A stretch of 64,000 nucleotides of DNA from Patescibacteria group bacterium (lineage in GTDB: Bacteria; Patescibacteriota; UBA1384; UBA12157; JAENIV01): NCBI GenBank assembly GCA_041666185.1, contig JBAYHL010000002.1, forward strand, positions 1,834-65,833, written 5' to 3'. Below, piece after piece: positions 55,991 to 64,000 of this stretch. Each line of letters opens with the position of its first letter. Position 1 is the stretch's first letter. A program made the translations under genes and the position numbers. Below the pieces are notes generated by a model. That model did no database searches. It worked only from the letters and a program-made list of their open reading frames with translations, and was not told the DNA's origin.

Positions 55991-57715
55991 ATGACACCAG
56001 ATGTTGTCGGAATTGGCATAGTGGTAGTTATGACAGCTCTTATTGCTTTTGCGGCAAAATTGCTAAAGCAACCGATTATTCCTTCCTATATTTTAGCCGG
56101 GGTAATTATTGGTCCAATCGCTTTGCAATGGATTGCTGACCCAAAAGCAATTCAAACTCTTTCGGATTTGACAATTATTTTTGTCATGTTCGTTATTGGT
56201 TTGGTAATGGATGTTGATCGCATTAAATCAGTTGGTTCGGTGGTTTCCTTTGGTGGCATTATCCAAGTAATTTTAACAAGTATACTTGGTTTTGCCATTG
56301 CTTGTATCTGGTTTGATGCGCTAACCAGTATGTACATTGGTCTAATGTTTGCCTTTGGATCAACTGCTTTGGTAGTAAAGATCCTAGCGGATAAAAGACA
56401 ATTAGATACCTTGCATGGCGCGATTACTTTAGGCATTCTGCTTTTGCAAGATATTTTAGCGATTGTCGCTTTGTCATTGTTTTCCGCCAAAGGGTTGTCG
56501 ACAAATGATGTAATTGGTGTAGCAATCAAATCTTTCGGTATAGTTTTTATTGGAATTTTGGCTGGCCAATATGTTTTTCCTAAAATTCTTGCCAAGATAT
56601 CCGATAGTACAGAACAGCTAACACTGACCAGTATTGCTATTGGATTTATCTTTGCTTTTTTGGCCGAAAGCCAAGGTTTGTCAGCTTCAATTGGAGCCTT
56701 TATTACTGGTGTTAGTTTAGCTAACCTGCCTTTTAGATTGGAGCTGCAAGGAAGAGTCAAAGCTTTGCGAGATTTTTTCTTGCCAATATTTTTTGCCACT
56801 TTAGGTGTTCAGGTTGCTATACCGGGTGTTAACATGATTCTTCCGGTTTTGGTCTTAACAATTTGTTGTTTAATTTTAAAGCCCCTACTTATCTCGGTAA
56901 TTATCGCTTTATTTGGTTATCAAAGAAGAACTTCGTTTTTTGTTGGAGTTGCTTTGGTGCCAGTGAGCGAATTTGGTCTAGTTCTTGTTGCCGTAGGGAT
57001 AAAATTAGGTCAAATTAAACCAGAAATCATGACTTTATCAATATTGGTCATGGCGCTGTCGATGTTTTTCTCGTCCTATCTATTTGGTGGCAAGCTTTAT
57101 CAAAAGATATCGCCATTATTACAATTTCTTGATCGGATTGGTCCTCAAAAAAAGAATGAAGAGGATCTTAAAAACGATGGCATTAACTTCAAAGCTATTT
57201 TGATAGGATGCCATCGAGCGGGACGTTATATTTATCATGTTTTATGTAACCTGTATCCGATTAAGGTGATAGAATACGACCTTAATCGACTGATGCTTCT
57301 AAAAGATATGGAGATTCCTTGTCTTTATGGAGATGCGACTGATCCGGAAGTTTGGGAAAGTTTAGGTGATCTTTCTGAGCTAAAGATTGTCGCTTCTACT
57401 ATTTCTGATGTTGAACAGAGTTTAACGATTCTAAGATATTTGAAAAGTAAGTGGCCGCATTTAATAATTATTCTCTCTGCCGATCATATTGACGAAGCGA
57501 AACGTTTGTACGAAGAAGGAGCGGATTATGTTATTTGTCCTTACGTTATTGCTGGCCAAATGATCGAAAAAGGTGATCTAAACGATATCTTTAACGAAAT
57601 TAAGGTAGCAGATTTGCGTGATGAAGCCAAAAACCATATTGATGAAATGGCCGCTCGTTGGCGCATAAAAGCTTGTCAGTGTGGAAATAAACAAAAGAAA
57701 ACAAACGCGAAATAA
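55991..57715 (+). CDS. CPA2-family cation/proton antiporter with C-terminal RCK/TrkA-N domain
   Basis: N-terminal Na_H exchanger TM domain (PIIPSYILAGVIIGP...) and C-terminal Rossmann-like KAILIGCHRAGRY. Confidence 0.85.
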   Translation: MTPDVVGIGIVVVMTALIAFAAKLLKQPIIPSYILAGVIIGPIALQWIADPKAIQTLSDLTIIFVMFVIGLVMDVDRIKSVGSVVSFGGIIQVILTSILGFAIACIWFDALTSMYIGLMFAFGSTALVVKILADKRQLDTLHGAITLGILLLQDILAIVALSLFSAKGLSTNDVIGVAIKSFGIVFIGILAGQYVFPKILAKISDSTEQLTLTSIAIGFIFAFLAESQGLSASIGAFITGVSLANLPFRLELQGRVKALRDFFLPIFFATLGVQVAIPGVNMILPVLVLTICCLILKPLLISVIIALFGYQRRTSFFVGVALVPVSEFGLVLVAVGIKLGQIKPEIMTLSILVMALSMFFSSYLFGGKLYQKISPLLQFLDRIGPQKKNEEDLKNDGINFKAILIGCHRAGRYIYHVLCNLYPIKVIEYDLNRLMLLKDMEIPCLYGDATDPEVWESLGDLSELKIVASTISDVEQSLTILRYLKSKWPHLIIILSADHIDEAKRLYEEGADYVICPYVIAGQMIEKGDLNDIFNEIKVADLRDEAKNHIDEMAARWRIKACQCGNKQKKTNAK

Positions 57716-57726
57716 CTTAACGAATC

Positions 57727-57756
57727 AAGCGGTTCTTAATAGGGCCGCTTTTTTTA
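57727..57756 (+). terminator. Rho-independent terminator
   Basis: AAGCGG-loop-CCGCTT followed by a T-run. The sequence is similar to the hairpin at 16897-16930. Confidence 0.5.
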
Positions 57757-57847
57757 AATTTTTATGTTGCCTAATTTGACAAAATGTGGTATAACCTAAG
57801 TAGTCCTAAGTCAAACAATGTTGAAGCAATTAGGAGGTATAGAAGAG

Positions 57848-58348
57848 ATGGCTCATCTAACTCTCAACATTGACAAAGTCTCGGGATGCAAAGGAAAAAA
57901 AGGGACAAAGGACGCTCAAGAAAACGGGTGTATTAAGCGAAAGGTCGCTGGCGAAACTCGAACAAAGAGTGCTCACGAAATGAGAAGAGTGCTTGGCGAA
58001 AAAGTTGAAACACTCGATTTTCTTAATCAGGATCAACAGGAGGAAGTAAAGCTAGTTGTAGGAGAAGTGCTGACAAACGCATTCTGTTACTCACCTGAAC
58101 AAAGTGATGTAGAAGTTGTTTGGGTTGGTACGGACAGCAAACTTTTGTTAGTAATTACTAATTCAAATGGCAAATGCGCCATGAAAGAAACTTCTCTTCC
58201 CGAAGATTGTATGGCCGAACATGGTCGAGGTCGGTTTATCGTTGATAGCTTGGTCAAAGAACTTGATAGCAACGATAAAATCTGTGCCAACTGTAGTTAC
58301 GGCCACCATCGTGGTCGAACAATCTTCCAAATGGCTATTGGCTGCTAG
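57848..58348 (+). CDS. GHKL/HATPase_c-like protein (anti-sigma-regulatory-factor-like serine-kinase fold), function uncertain
   Basis: RBS GGAGGT precedes the ATG. VGEVLTNAF (N-box-like) and EHGRGRFIVDSL (G1/G2-like). About 45% GC. Confidence 0.4.
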   Translation: MAHLTLNIDKVSGCKGKKGTKDAQENGCIKRKVAGETRTKSAHEMRRVLGEKVETLDFLNQDQQEEVKLVVGEVLTNAFCYSPEQSDVEVVWVGTDSKLLLVITNSNGKCAMKETSLPEDCMAEHGRGRFIVDSLVKELDSNDKICANCSYGHHRGRTIFQMAIGC

Positions 58349-59315
58349 AGCTCTCGCCCCCGTCATTTTCTTGGCGGGGTTTTTTATTACGGAGTCCGTG
58401 GAAAGCTTGGTGAATTTCATTTAAGTGTTTGTCGGTAACGTGAGTATAAATTTGAGTGGTTGTTACTGATGAATGTCCAAGTAAACTTTGAACCGAGCGT
58501 AAATCAGCTCCAGACATTAATAAATCTGTGGCAAAACTGTGGCGTAAAACGTGGGGAGTAACTTTTTTTGTAATGCCAGCTTTTCTGGCATATTTTTGAA
58601 TCATTCGTTGGACAGAACGAGGGGTGATGTGATTAATTTTCAATTTTAAATTTTCAATTTTCAATTGATTATTTGTATGCCCATAGCTTATAAACAACCA
58701 TTCTGAATTATCATTTCTGCCAGACAGATATTTCTTAAGTGATTTCCTGGCATCTGCATCTAAAAAAACGACCCTAACTTTGCCACCCTTACCTTTGATA
58801 GAAAATTCATTTCGATCTAAATTAACTTGATCTCGACGTAAACTGCAAAGTTCCGAAACCCGTAATCCAGTTGAAAAAAGTAAATCCAAAATAGCCTTGT
58901 CGCGAATTCCTTGAATGGTTTTTTCTTCTGGTGCGGCTAAAATTTCATCGAGTTCTTTTTGCTCCAAAAAGATAATTTGTCGTTCGTCAGTTTTAGCTAG
59001 TTCAATTTTTTCTGGGGCTAAGGTTTTTATGTCTTTTTTTCGTAAATACTTTAAAAATGCCCGCAAGGCAATTAAATAGTAATTTTGAGTAGTTTTGGAA
59101 AGTACTTTACTACTAATTTGACCTCGGTTTAAGGCTAGACGGTAATTTTTTACTAAATCTTGAGTAATTTCTTCTGGATTCTCGACATTATTTTTTTTAG
59201 CAAAAGTGGAAAAAACTCTTAAATAATAATCGTAATTTCTAGCACTCGAAAGCGCGCGGCCTTTTTCAACCTCCATGTACTCTAGAAAATCAATAATACA
59301 AGATTTTATCGTCAT
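58335..59315 (-). CDS. Tyrosine recombinase XerC/XerD family
   Basis: R..HVLRHSFAT...LLGHSSVTTTQIYTHV catalytic signature (R-H-R-Y). Has a short C-terminal extension. Confidence 0.85.
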   Translation of the reverse strand: MTIKSCIIDFLEYMEVEKGRALSSARNYDYYLRVFSTFAKKNNVENPEEITQDLVKNYRLALNRGQISSKVLSKTTQNYYLIALRAFLKYLRKKDIKTLAPEKIELAKTDERQIIFLEQKELDEILAAPEEKTIQGIRDKAILDLLFSTGLRVSELCSLRRDQVNLDRNEFSIKGKGGKVRVVFLDADARKSLKKYLSGRNDNSEWLFISYGHTNNQLKIENLKLKINHITPRSVQRMIQKYARKAGITKKVTPHVLRHSFATDLLMSGADLRSVQSLLGHSSVTTTQIYTHVTDKHLNEIHQAFHGLRNKKPRQENDGGESSSSQ

Positions 59316-59388
59316 AATAATAATTTACGACGCATAATTTTTATTGTCAAAAAAAATTATTTTTGATAAGGTGTAAAAGAGGTTAAAA

Positions 59389-59961
59389 ATGATTCAAAGG
59401 ATTAATAGCCTAGATCAAAAAATTGTTCTGAGTCTTAATTCTTTTTTCGCTGAGCATTGTCCCAAAATAATAGACAAGATCTTTGCTGAATATTTAATTT
59501 ATTTGTTACCAATTATTTTAATTGTTTTATGGTTTTACTCCGAAAAGACTAAAAAAGTTGCCATGCGGGCGACATTTTCTGTGATTTTAGCTTGGCCAGT
59601 AATAGCAGGAATTATTGGCCGCTTAGTTAATCGTCCCAGACCTTTTAATTTAAGTGGGGTCCAGGAATTAATTTTTCATCGTCCAGACTATTCTTTCCCA
59701 TCTGATCACGCGGCAGCTCTTTTCGCGGTTGCTTTTTCTTTTTGGTTTTCAGGGTATAAAAAACTAGGTTGGGCAATCTTTGCTATGGCAATTGTGGTTT
59801 CTTTCTTTAGAGTAGCAACCGCCATTCATTATCCAACTGATATTCTTGGCGGATTGGCAGTAGGCCTATTGGCTGCTTACTTGATTAATCTTTTCAACAA
59901 ACCCTTAGATACTGTTTATAATTTTATTTTAAAGATTTGCCGAGCGATAAAATTGGCTTAA
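59389..59961 (+). CDS. PAP2-family phosphatase (undecaprenyl-diphosphatase-like)
   Basis: KX6RP (GRLVNRPRP), PSDH and SRVATAIHYPTD motifs. Confidence 0.85.
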   Translation: MIQRINSLDQKIVLSLNSFFAEHCPKIIDKIFAEYLIYLLPIILIVLWFYSEKTKKVAMRATFSVILAWPVIAGIIGRLVNRPRPFNLSGVQELIFHRPDYSFPSDHAAALFAVAFSFWFSGYKKLGWAIFAMAIVVSFFRVATAIHYPTDILGGLAVGLLAAYLINLFNKPLDTVYNFILKICRAIKLA

Positions 59962-60052
59962 AGAGGCGGTTAACATCAAAATAGTTTTTCAAAAATTTAT
60001 CGATTATTTAGCTTTTATAATTTCGGCTCTTTTTAGCCCATATGTAACAGCC

Positions 60053-60580
60053 TTGGTTTTTATTGTCGTAATTAGCTATCAATATGCTCGCGATTTAGGC
60101 CAATTTCTTCCTTGGATGATAACATTTTTATTATTTGCCATTATCATTCCCGGGTTTTATGTTTTATGGTTACTTGAGACTCGTCAAATTCGCGATCTTC
60201 ATATTTCTGATAAAAATGATCGAAAAATACCTTTCCTTTTGGCGGGCGTTTCTTCGGTGGTAGGAGCAATTCTTCTTTTTGTGTTAGGCGCCGCCAAACC
60301 AGTAACAGTCATTGGAGCAGCATACGCTATTAACGTCATTGGTATAGCTCTTTTGACCCAAGTTTGGAAAGTAAGCATTCATACAGCTCTTTTTTCGGCA
60401 ATTTCAACAATTTCTGTTATACTTTTTGGTGTCCAGATGTGGTGGTTATATTTATTTTTAATACCTTTGTCTTGGTCAAGAATTCATCGAAAACGCCACA
60501 CTGTTTGGCAGGCAGTTGCAGGGTCATTAATTGCTTTTGCCCTAACAGCGGTAACATTTTGGTTTTTTGGCTATCTATAG
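60053..60580 (+). CDS. Divergent PAP2-like membrane protein
   Basis: 5 TM helices. Degenerate motifs K-x-D-R-K-I-P, SIH and SRIHRKRH...Q. Tandem to the canonical PAP2. Confidence 0.4.
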   Translation: MVFIVVISYQYARDLGQFLPWMITFLLFAIIIPGFYVLWLLETRQIRDLHISDKNDRKIPFLLAGVSSVVGAILLFVLGAAKPVTVIGAAYAINVIGIALLTQVWKVSIHTALFSAISTISVILFGVQMWWLYLFLIPLSWSRIHRKRHTVWQAVAGSLIAFALTAVTFWFFGYL

Positions 60581-60592
60581 AGGTTAATTATT

Positions 60593-61213
60593 ATGGCGAC
60601 AGTAATTTTATCAACACTTGCTAATTGGATTATTCATGTCATCAATGCTCTTGGATATTGGGGGATAGTTTTGTTAATGGCGATCGAGTCAGCCAATATT
60701 CCACTTCCTTCAGAGGTAATTATGCCTTTTTCGGGATTTCTAGTTGCTAGTGGAGTATTTAATCTGTGGTTAGTTGGCTTGGCTGGAGCTGTTGGTTGTG
60801 TAATAGGTTCAGTATTGTCGTATTATATTGGTCTCTGGGGTGGTAGACCCCTAGTTGAAAAATATGGCAAATATATTTTAATTTCCCATCACGATTTAGA
60901 TTTAGCTGATGGTTGGTTTAAAAAACATGGTGAAGCAACTGTCTTTGTTGGCAGGCTATTGCCGGTTATAAGAACCTTTATCTCTTTTCCAGCTGGCATT
61001 TCCGGGATGAATTTTAAAAGATTTGTTACTTATTCTTTCTTAGGATCTTTGCCTTGGTGTTTGTTTTTAGCTTTTGTCGGTCAAAAAATGGGTGAAAATT
61101 GGGAGAATCTAAAAAAGTACTTCCACAGTTTAGATTGGCTTATTTTAGGACTAATAATAATTGGTATTGTTTGGTGGGTCCAAAGACACTTAAAACATCG
61201 AAAAATTAAATAG
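60593..61213 (+). CDS. DedA-family membrane protein
   Basis: GYWGIVLLMAIESANIPLPSEVIMPFSGF signature of DedA/SNARE-associated proteins. Confidence 0.85.
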   Translation: MATVILSTLANWIIHVINALGYWGIVLLMAIESANIPLPSEVIMPFSGFLVASGVFNLWLVGLAGAVGCVIGSVLSYYIGLWGGRPLVEKYGKYILISHHDLDLADGWFKKHGEATVFVGRLLPVIRTFISFPAGISGMNFKRFVTYSFLGSLPWCLFLAFVGQKMGENWENLKKYFHSLDWLILGLIIIGIVWWVQRHLKHRKIK

Positions 61214-61217
61214 CTCT

Positions 61218-61940
61218 CTAATCTATCGACATGTCCTCTGGTTCTTCTGTACCAGTGTCACCTTTATATTGGGCAGGAGAAGCTTCGTCGTCTGGTGAGG
61301 AAAGTAAACTACTTTTAACCGGGGTTTTGTCGCCAGCAGGTGGTTCTTGAGAAATCTGAACATCAATTTTTTCGCCGCCGGCGGGAGGTGGCGTAGCTGG
61401 TGTAGGGGCAGCTTGTGGTTTGGCTACATTTACTGCTGTTGTTTGAGTGCTTACAGCATTTGTATTTTGAGGTTGTTGCGGAGCAGCAAAACCGGCAGGT
61501 GCTGGTTTTGGTTGTTCAGTTTTTGGTGGTGTCGGAGGTGGTGTAGAAGGCGTTGCTGGTTTGGGCGGTTGAATTGTTACGCCTTGTTGTTGGACTGGAG
61601 GAGGAGTTGGTCGTGTAATTGGAGGAGCAACTGGGGGAGTGCTAGGAGTTATTGGTGGTGCAGAAGGTGTTGTTGGTTGAGTTTTGTGTTCAACCATTGG
61701 TGGCAAACCAACTTTTTCTGGGGCTTTTCTAATTTCTTCTTGAACGTGTTCGATTTTTGCGCCGCCGCCAGTAATGTGTTCTAAATATTTAACATCAACA
61801 ATCGCTACAGCTGGTTTGCCGCCTTTTGTGAGAACATAAAGTTTATCTTTTTGAACTTCGTTAACAATTTGTGAAAAATGATCACGAGCCTCAGTTAAGG
61901 GAATAATGTTTTCCAACGATACTTTGAGTGGATTTTCCAC
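61218..61940 (-). CDS. Phd/YefM-like antitoxin-fold N-terminal domain fused to a long Pro/Thr/Ala-rich tail
   Basis: N-terminus IPLTEARDHFSQIVNEVQKDKLYVLTKGGKPAVAIV matches the Phd/YefM fold pattern. Residues about 75-240 are PT-rich low complexity. Confidence 0.5.
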   Translation of the reverse strand: MENPLKVSLENIIPLTEARDHFSQIVNEVQKDKLYVLTKGGKPAVAIVDVKYLEHITGGGAKIEHVQEEIRKAPEKVGLPPMVEHKTQPTTPSAPPITPSTPPVAPPITRPTPPPVQQQGVTIQPPKPATPSTPPPTPPKTEQPKPAPAGFAAPQQPQNTNAVSTQTTAVNVAKPQAAPTPATPPPAGGEKIDVQISQEPPAGDKTPVKSSLLSSPDDEASPAQYKGDTGTEEPEDMSID

Positions 61941-62072
61941 AAAAACCTCCTATTTAATTTAAAAATTTAGGCCAATAAACTGGTCATTTTAATCATATAA
62001 TTAAGCAAATTTTTTGTCAAATTTAGGTAATTTTTGTTTTACCCCCCATTATGTCTTTACAGGTTCAAGCCC

Positions 62073-62101
62073 TTGACAAATGGCCTATTTTGTGCTATAC
62101 T
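62073..62101 (+). promoter_or_regulatory. Near-consensus sigma70 promoter with extended -10
   Basis: TTGACA, 17 nt, TGcTATACT. Confidence 0.65.
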
Positions 62102-62185
62102 AGGGTAGTTTTGGAAGGTATTTCACCTTTCCGAAACAGATTAACAACTTGCAAACTACGCTACATCATGGAGGATGAGAAGGTA

Positions 62186-62452
62186 ATGAAACTCTGGACA
62201 AAGATGATTTTGACGGCACTGTGGGTTTCGGTCGTGAGCCGATCGTTAGAGTTACGTTTCGCGCGACTTGTCGTGCCAGAGAGTTTTTACTCAGACGGCT
62301 TTTTCGCTCGAACCACGTTTCTTGTCAGGCATGATCCATTGTTTTGGATCATGATTTCGTTCTCATGTTTTTTAGTAGTTGGTGTCTGGTTGTGGTTTCC
62401 TGCCAAAAAACCGTTGTCGGCTCTTGGCAAAGGCTACTTCTCCGGCGAATAA
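62186..62452 (+). CDS. Small two-TM membrane protein (88 aa) OR non-coding RNA; status unresolved
   Basis: RBS GAAGG lies 4 nt before the ATG. Two hydrophobic segments. Sits inside a promoter-to-terminator unit of about 410 nt at about 47% GC. The longer track ORF starts upstream of the promoter and is rejected. Confidence 0.3.
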   Translation: MKLWTKMILTALWVSVVSRSLELRFARLVVPESFYSDGFFARTTFLVRHDPLFWIMISFSCFLVVGVWLWFPAKKPLSALGKGYFSGE

Positions 62453-62487
62453 TTATGGTGGCTACAGAGCCACGGTTGCAAGTGTTG

Positions 62488-62517
62488 CTCCCGCTAGAAA
62501 TAGCGGGAGTTTTTTTA
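62488..62517 (+). terminator. Rho-independent terminator
   Basis: CTCCCGCT-agaaat-AGCGGGAG followed by T8. An additional upstream hairpin GTGGCT-acag-AGCCAC. Confidence 0.75.
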
Positions 62518-62554
62518 ATTTGAAATTGAAAAACTTTTAAGGTATATTTAGCAT

Positions 62555-63829
62555 ATGATAAATTACAAATTAAAAACTTTACCCAATGGTTTGCGTCTTA
62601 TTGCTGCTCCTCTGGAAAATACTAAAGCTGTTACAGTTCTCTTTTTAGTCGGTGTTGGCTCAAGATACGAAACTAAAAATTTAAATGGTATCTCGCACTT
62701 TTTGGAACATATGTTTTTTAAAGGAACTAAAAATCGACCAACAACTTTAGACATTGCCAAATCTTTAGATGCTGTTGGCGCTTCTTACAATGCTTTTACC
62801 TCAGAAGAACATACTGGTTTTTTTGTTCGTTCTGCTTCCGAGCATTTTGAATTAGCCTTAGATATTTTGTTTGATATGATTTACAATTCAAATTTTTCGG
62901 CTGAGGAAATTGAACGCGAAAAGGGAGTTATTGTTGAAGAAATTAATATGTATCAAGATGCTCCTCAAAGTTATGTCAGTGAAGTTGCCAAACAACTGTT
63001 TTATGGTGATACACCTTTGGGCCGTCAGGTAACTGGAATCAAAGAAACGGTCCAGAAATTTTCTAGGAACGATTTTGTTAATTATCGTGATAAATTTTAT
63101 ACACCAGAAAACACGATTGTTGTTATTGCTGGTGGTAGGAATAATGTTTCATGGGAAGAAAAAACTGAAGAATTTTTTAATAAAGTCAAATCTCAAAAAG
63201 CTGAACAATATCTTAAAATTGAAGAAAACCAAACGCAGCCAAAACTTAAAATTCATCAAAAGAAAACTGATCAAGCTCATTTGATTTTAGGTTTTCGAAC
63301 TATTCCCCGCGGAAATCCAAAACGGCCAATTGCAAGAGTTTTAAACAATCTTTTTGGTGAAACAATGTCTTCAAGACTTTTTACAGAAGTTAGAGAGCGT
63401 CGAGGGTTGGCTTATTATGTTAATTCAGAGATGGCTGATTTTCGAGATGCTGGTATTTTTGGTGCTTCGGCGGGAGTTGATCTTTTAAGAGCTGAGGAAG
63501 CAGTCAAGGTTATTTTAGAAGAATTCAATAAATTAAAAACTGAAAGTATTTCTGAAGAAGAGCTGCATCGAGCAAAAGAGAATTTGAAAGGCCGACTGTA
63601 TCTTAGCTTAGAGGAATCTTTTTCTGTCGCCGAATTTTTGGCTGATCAAAAACTTTTCTTGGATGAAATTAAGCATCCTGAAGAGTTAGTTAAAGAATAT
63701 GAAAAAGTTACCGCTCAAGATATTCAAAAATTTGCTAAAGATTATTTTCAACCAAAAAATTTGAACTTAGCCATGGTCGGACCTTTTAAAAATCCAGATA
63801 AATTTAAAAAGTTACTAGAAAGATTCTAA
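62555..63829 (+). CDS. M16-family zinc peptidase (pitrilysin/insulinase-like)
   Basis: HFLEHMFFKGT inverted zincin HxxEH motif. 424 aa. Confidence 0.9.
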   Translation: MINYKLKTLPNGLRLIAAPLENTKAVTVLFLVGVGSRYETKNLNGISHFLEHMFFKGTKNRPTTLDIAKSLDAVGASYNAFTSEEHTGFFVRSASEHFELALDILFDMIYNSNFSAEEIEREKGVIVEEINMYQDAPQSYVSEVAKQLFYGDTPLGRQVTGIKETVQKFSRNDFVNYRDKFYTPENTIVVIAGGRNNVSWEEKTEEFFNKVKSQKAEQYLKIEENQTQPKLKIHQKKTDQAHLILGFRTIPRGNPKRPIARVLNNLFGETMSSRLFTEVRERRGLAYYVNSEMADFRDAGIFGASAGVDLLRAEEAVKVILEEFNKLKTESISEEELHRAKENLKGRLYLSLEESFSVAEFLADQKLFLDEIKHPEELVKEYEKVTAQDIQKFAKDYFQPKNLNLAMVGPFKNPDKFKKLLERF

Positions 63830-63830
63830 A

Positions 63831-64000
63831 ATGCTCAAAAAGGAAAGAACCCTAATTGCCATTAAGCCGGAATCTATTCAAAGGCATCTAATTGGTGAGT
63901 TTGTTTCTAAATTCGAAAGAAGGGGATTAAAATTAATTGCTTGTAAGTTAATTGTTCCAGCAAAAGAACAAATTGCTAAACACTATCCTGACGATGAGGA
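63831..64000 (+). CDS. ndk: Nucleoside diphosphate kinase (5' part; truncated by the window end)
   Basis: ERTLIAIKPESIQRHLIGEFVSKFERRGLKLIA matches the Ndk N-terminus. Confidence 0.85.
   Translation, partial: MLKKERTLIAIKPESIQRHLIGEFVSKFERRGLKLIACKLIVPAKEQIAKHYPDDE

Noticed and set aside
56152-56799. Minus-strand 215-aa ORF inside the CPA2 antiporter gene
   Set aside because: Antisense to a confidently identified transporter gene.
61347-61784. Plus-strand 145-aa Trp/Cys/Arg-rich ORF
   Set aside because: It is the antisense reading of the Pro-rich (CCN codon) tail of the Phd/YefM-like gene.
62051-62185. Track ORF start at 62051 for the 133-aa protein
   Set aside because: That start lies upstream of and across the consensus promoter. 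Only the ATG at 62186, downstream of the promoter and with an SD, is plausible if the unit is coding.
1-64000. CRISPR arrays, rRNA genes, transposases/IS elements, RNase P RNA, tmRNA, SRP RNA
   Set aside because: No regularly spaced direct repeats, no rRNA-like segments and no transposase-like ORFs were seen. The GC-rich intergenic candidates lack the conserved RNase P (GGAAAGUCCGG), tmRNA (tRNA-like 3' end with tag ORF) or SRP (domain IV) motifs by eye. This needs confirmation with Infernal.

Overview
AT-rich (about one-third GC), gene-dense bacterial chromosome segment with short intergenic regions, weak SD usage and many overlapping stops. The gene content looks like a reduced-genome, Candidate Phyla Radiation / Patescibacteria-style organism; this is an inference from gene content, not a search result. 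Core housekeeping genes are recognisable: groES-groEL, trpS, pyrG, efp, rpsF-ssb-rpsR, ychF, ndk (3' truncated by the window end), a single Xer-type tyrosine recombinase, an H+-pyrophosphatase and an M16 peptidase. About half of the window is a cell-envelope glycan assembly locus: UDP-GlcNAc 2-epimerase, at least six GT4 transferases, two DPM1/GtrB-like GT2 genes, GtrA, a GT39 GT-C enzyme, a Wzx flippase, two Wzy/O-antigen-ligase-like proteins, a phosphohexomutase, two PAP2 phosphatases and DedA. Three tRNA genes were folded by hand: Ser-TGA, Ser-GCT and Arg-GCG. The most unusual content is: (1) a tandem triplet of about 730-aa paralogous polytopic membrane proteins with conserved loop motifs, a candidate new GT-C-like family; (2) a tRNA-Ser-bounded islet carrying an ORF6N gene, a 15-nt partial tRNA duplicate and GC-rich orphan genes; (3) a locally duplicated family of four 'MD(Q/N)' N-anchored pilin-like membrane proteins next to trpS, with a pseudo-copy of the trpS 3' end marking the duplication; (4) a 924-aa signal-peptide / TPM-like / coiled-coil / Ser-Gly-tail membrane protein flanked by two copies of a 30-bp palindromic element; (5) a consensus promoter plus strong terminator bounding a roughly 410-nt unit of ambiguous coding status. 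No CRISPR array, rRNA or obvious transposase was seen. Coordinates of hand-derived RNA and repeat features may be off by 1-2 nt.
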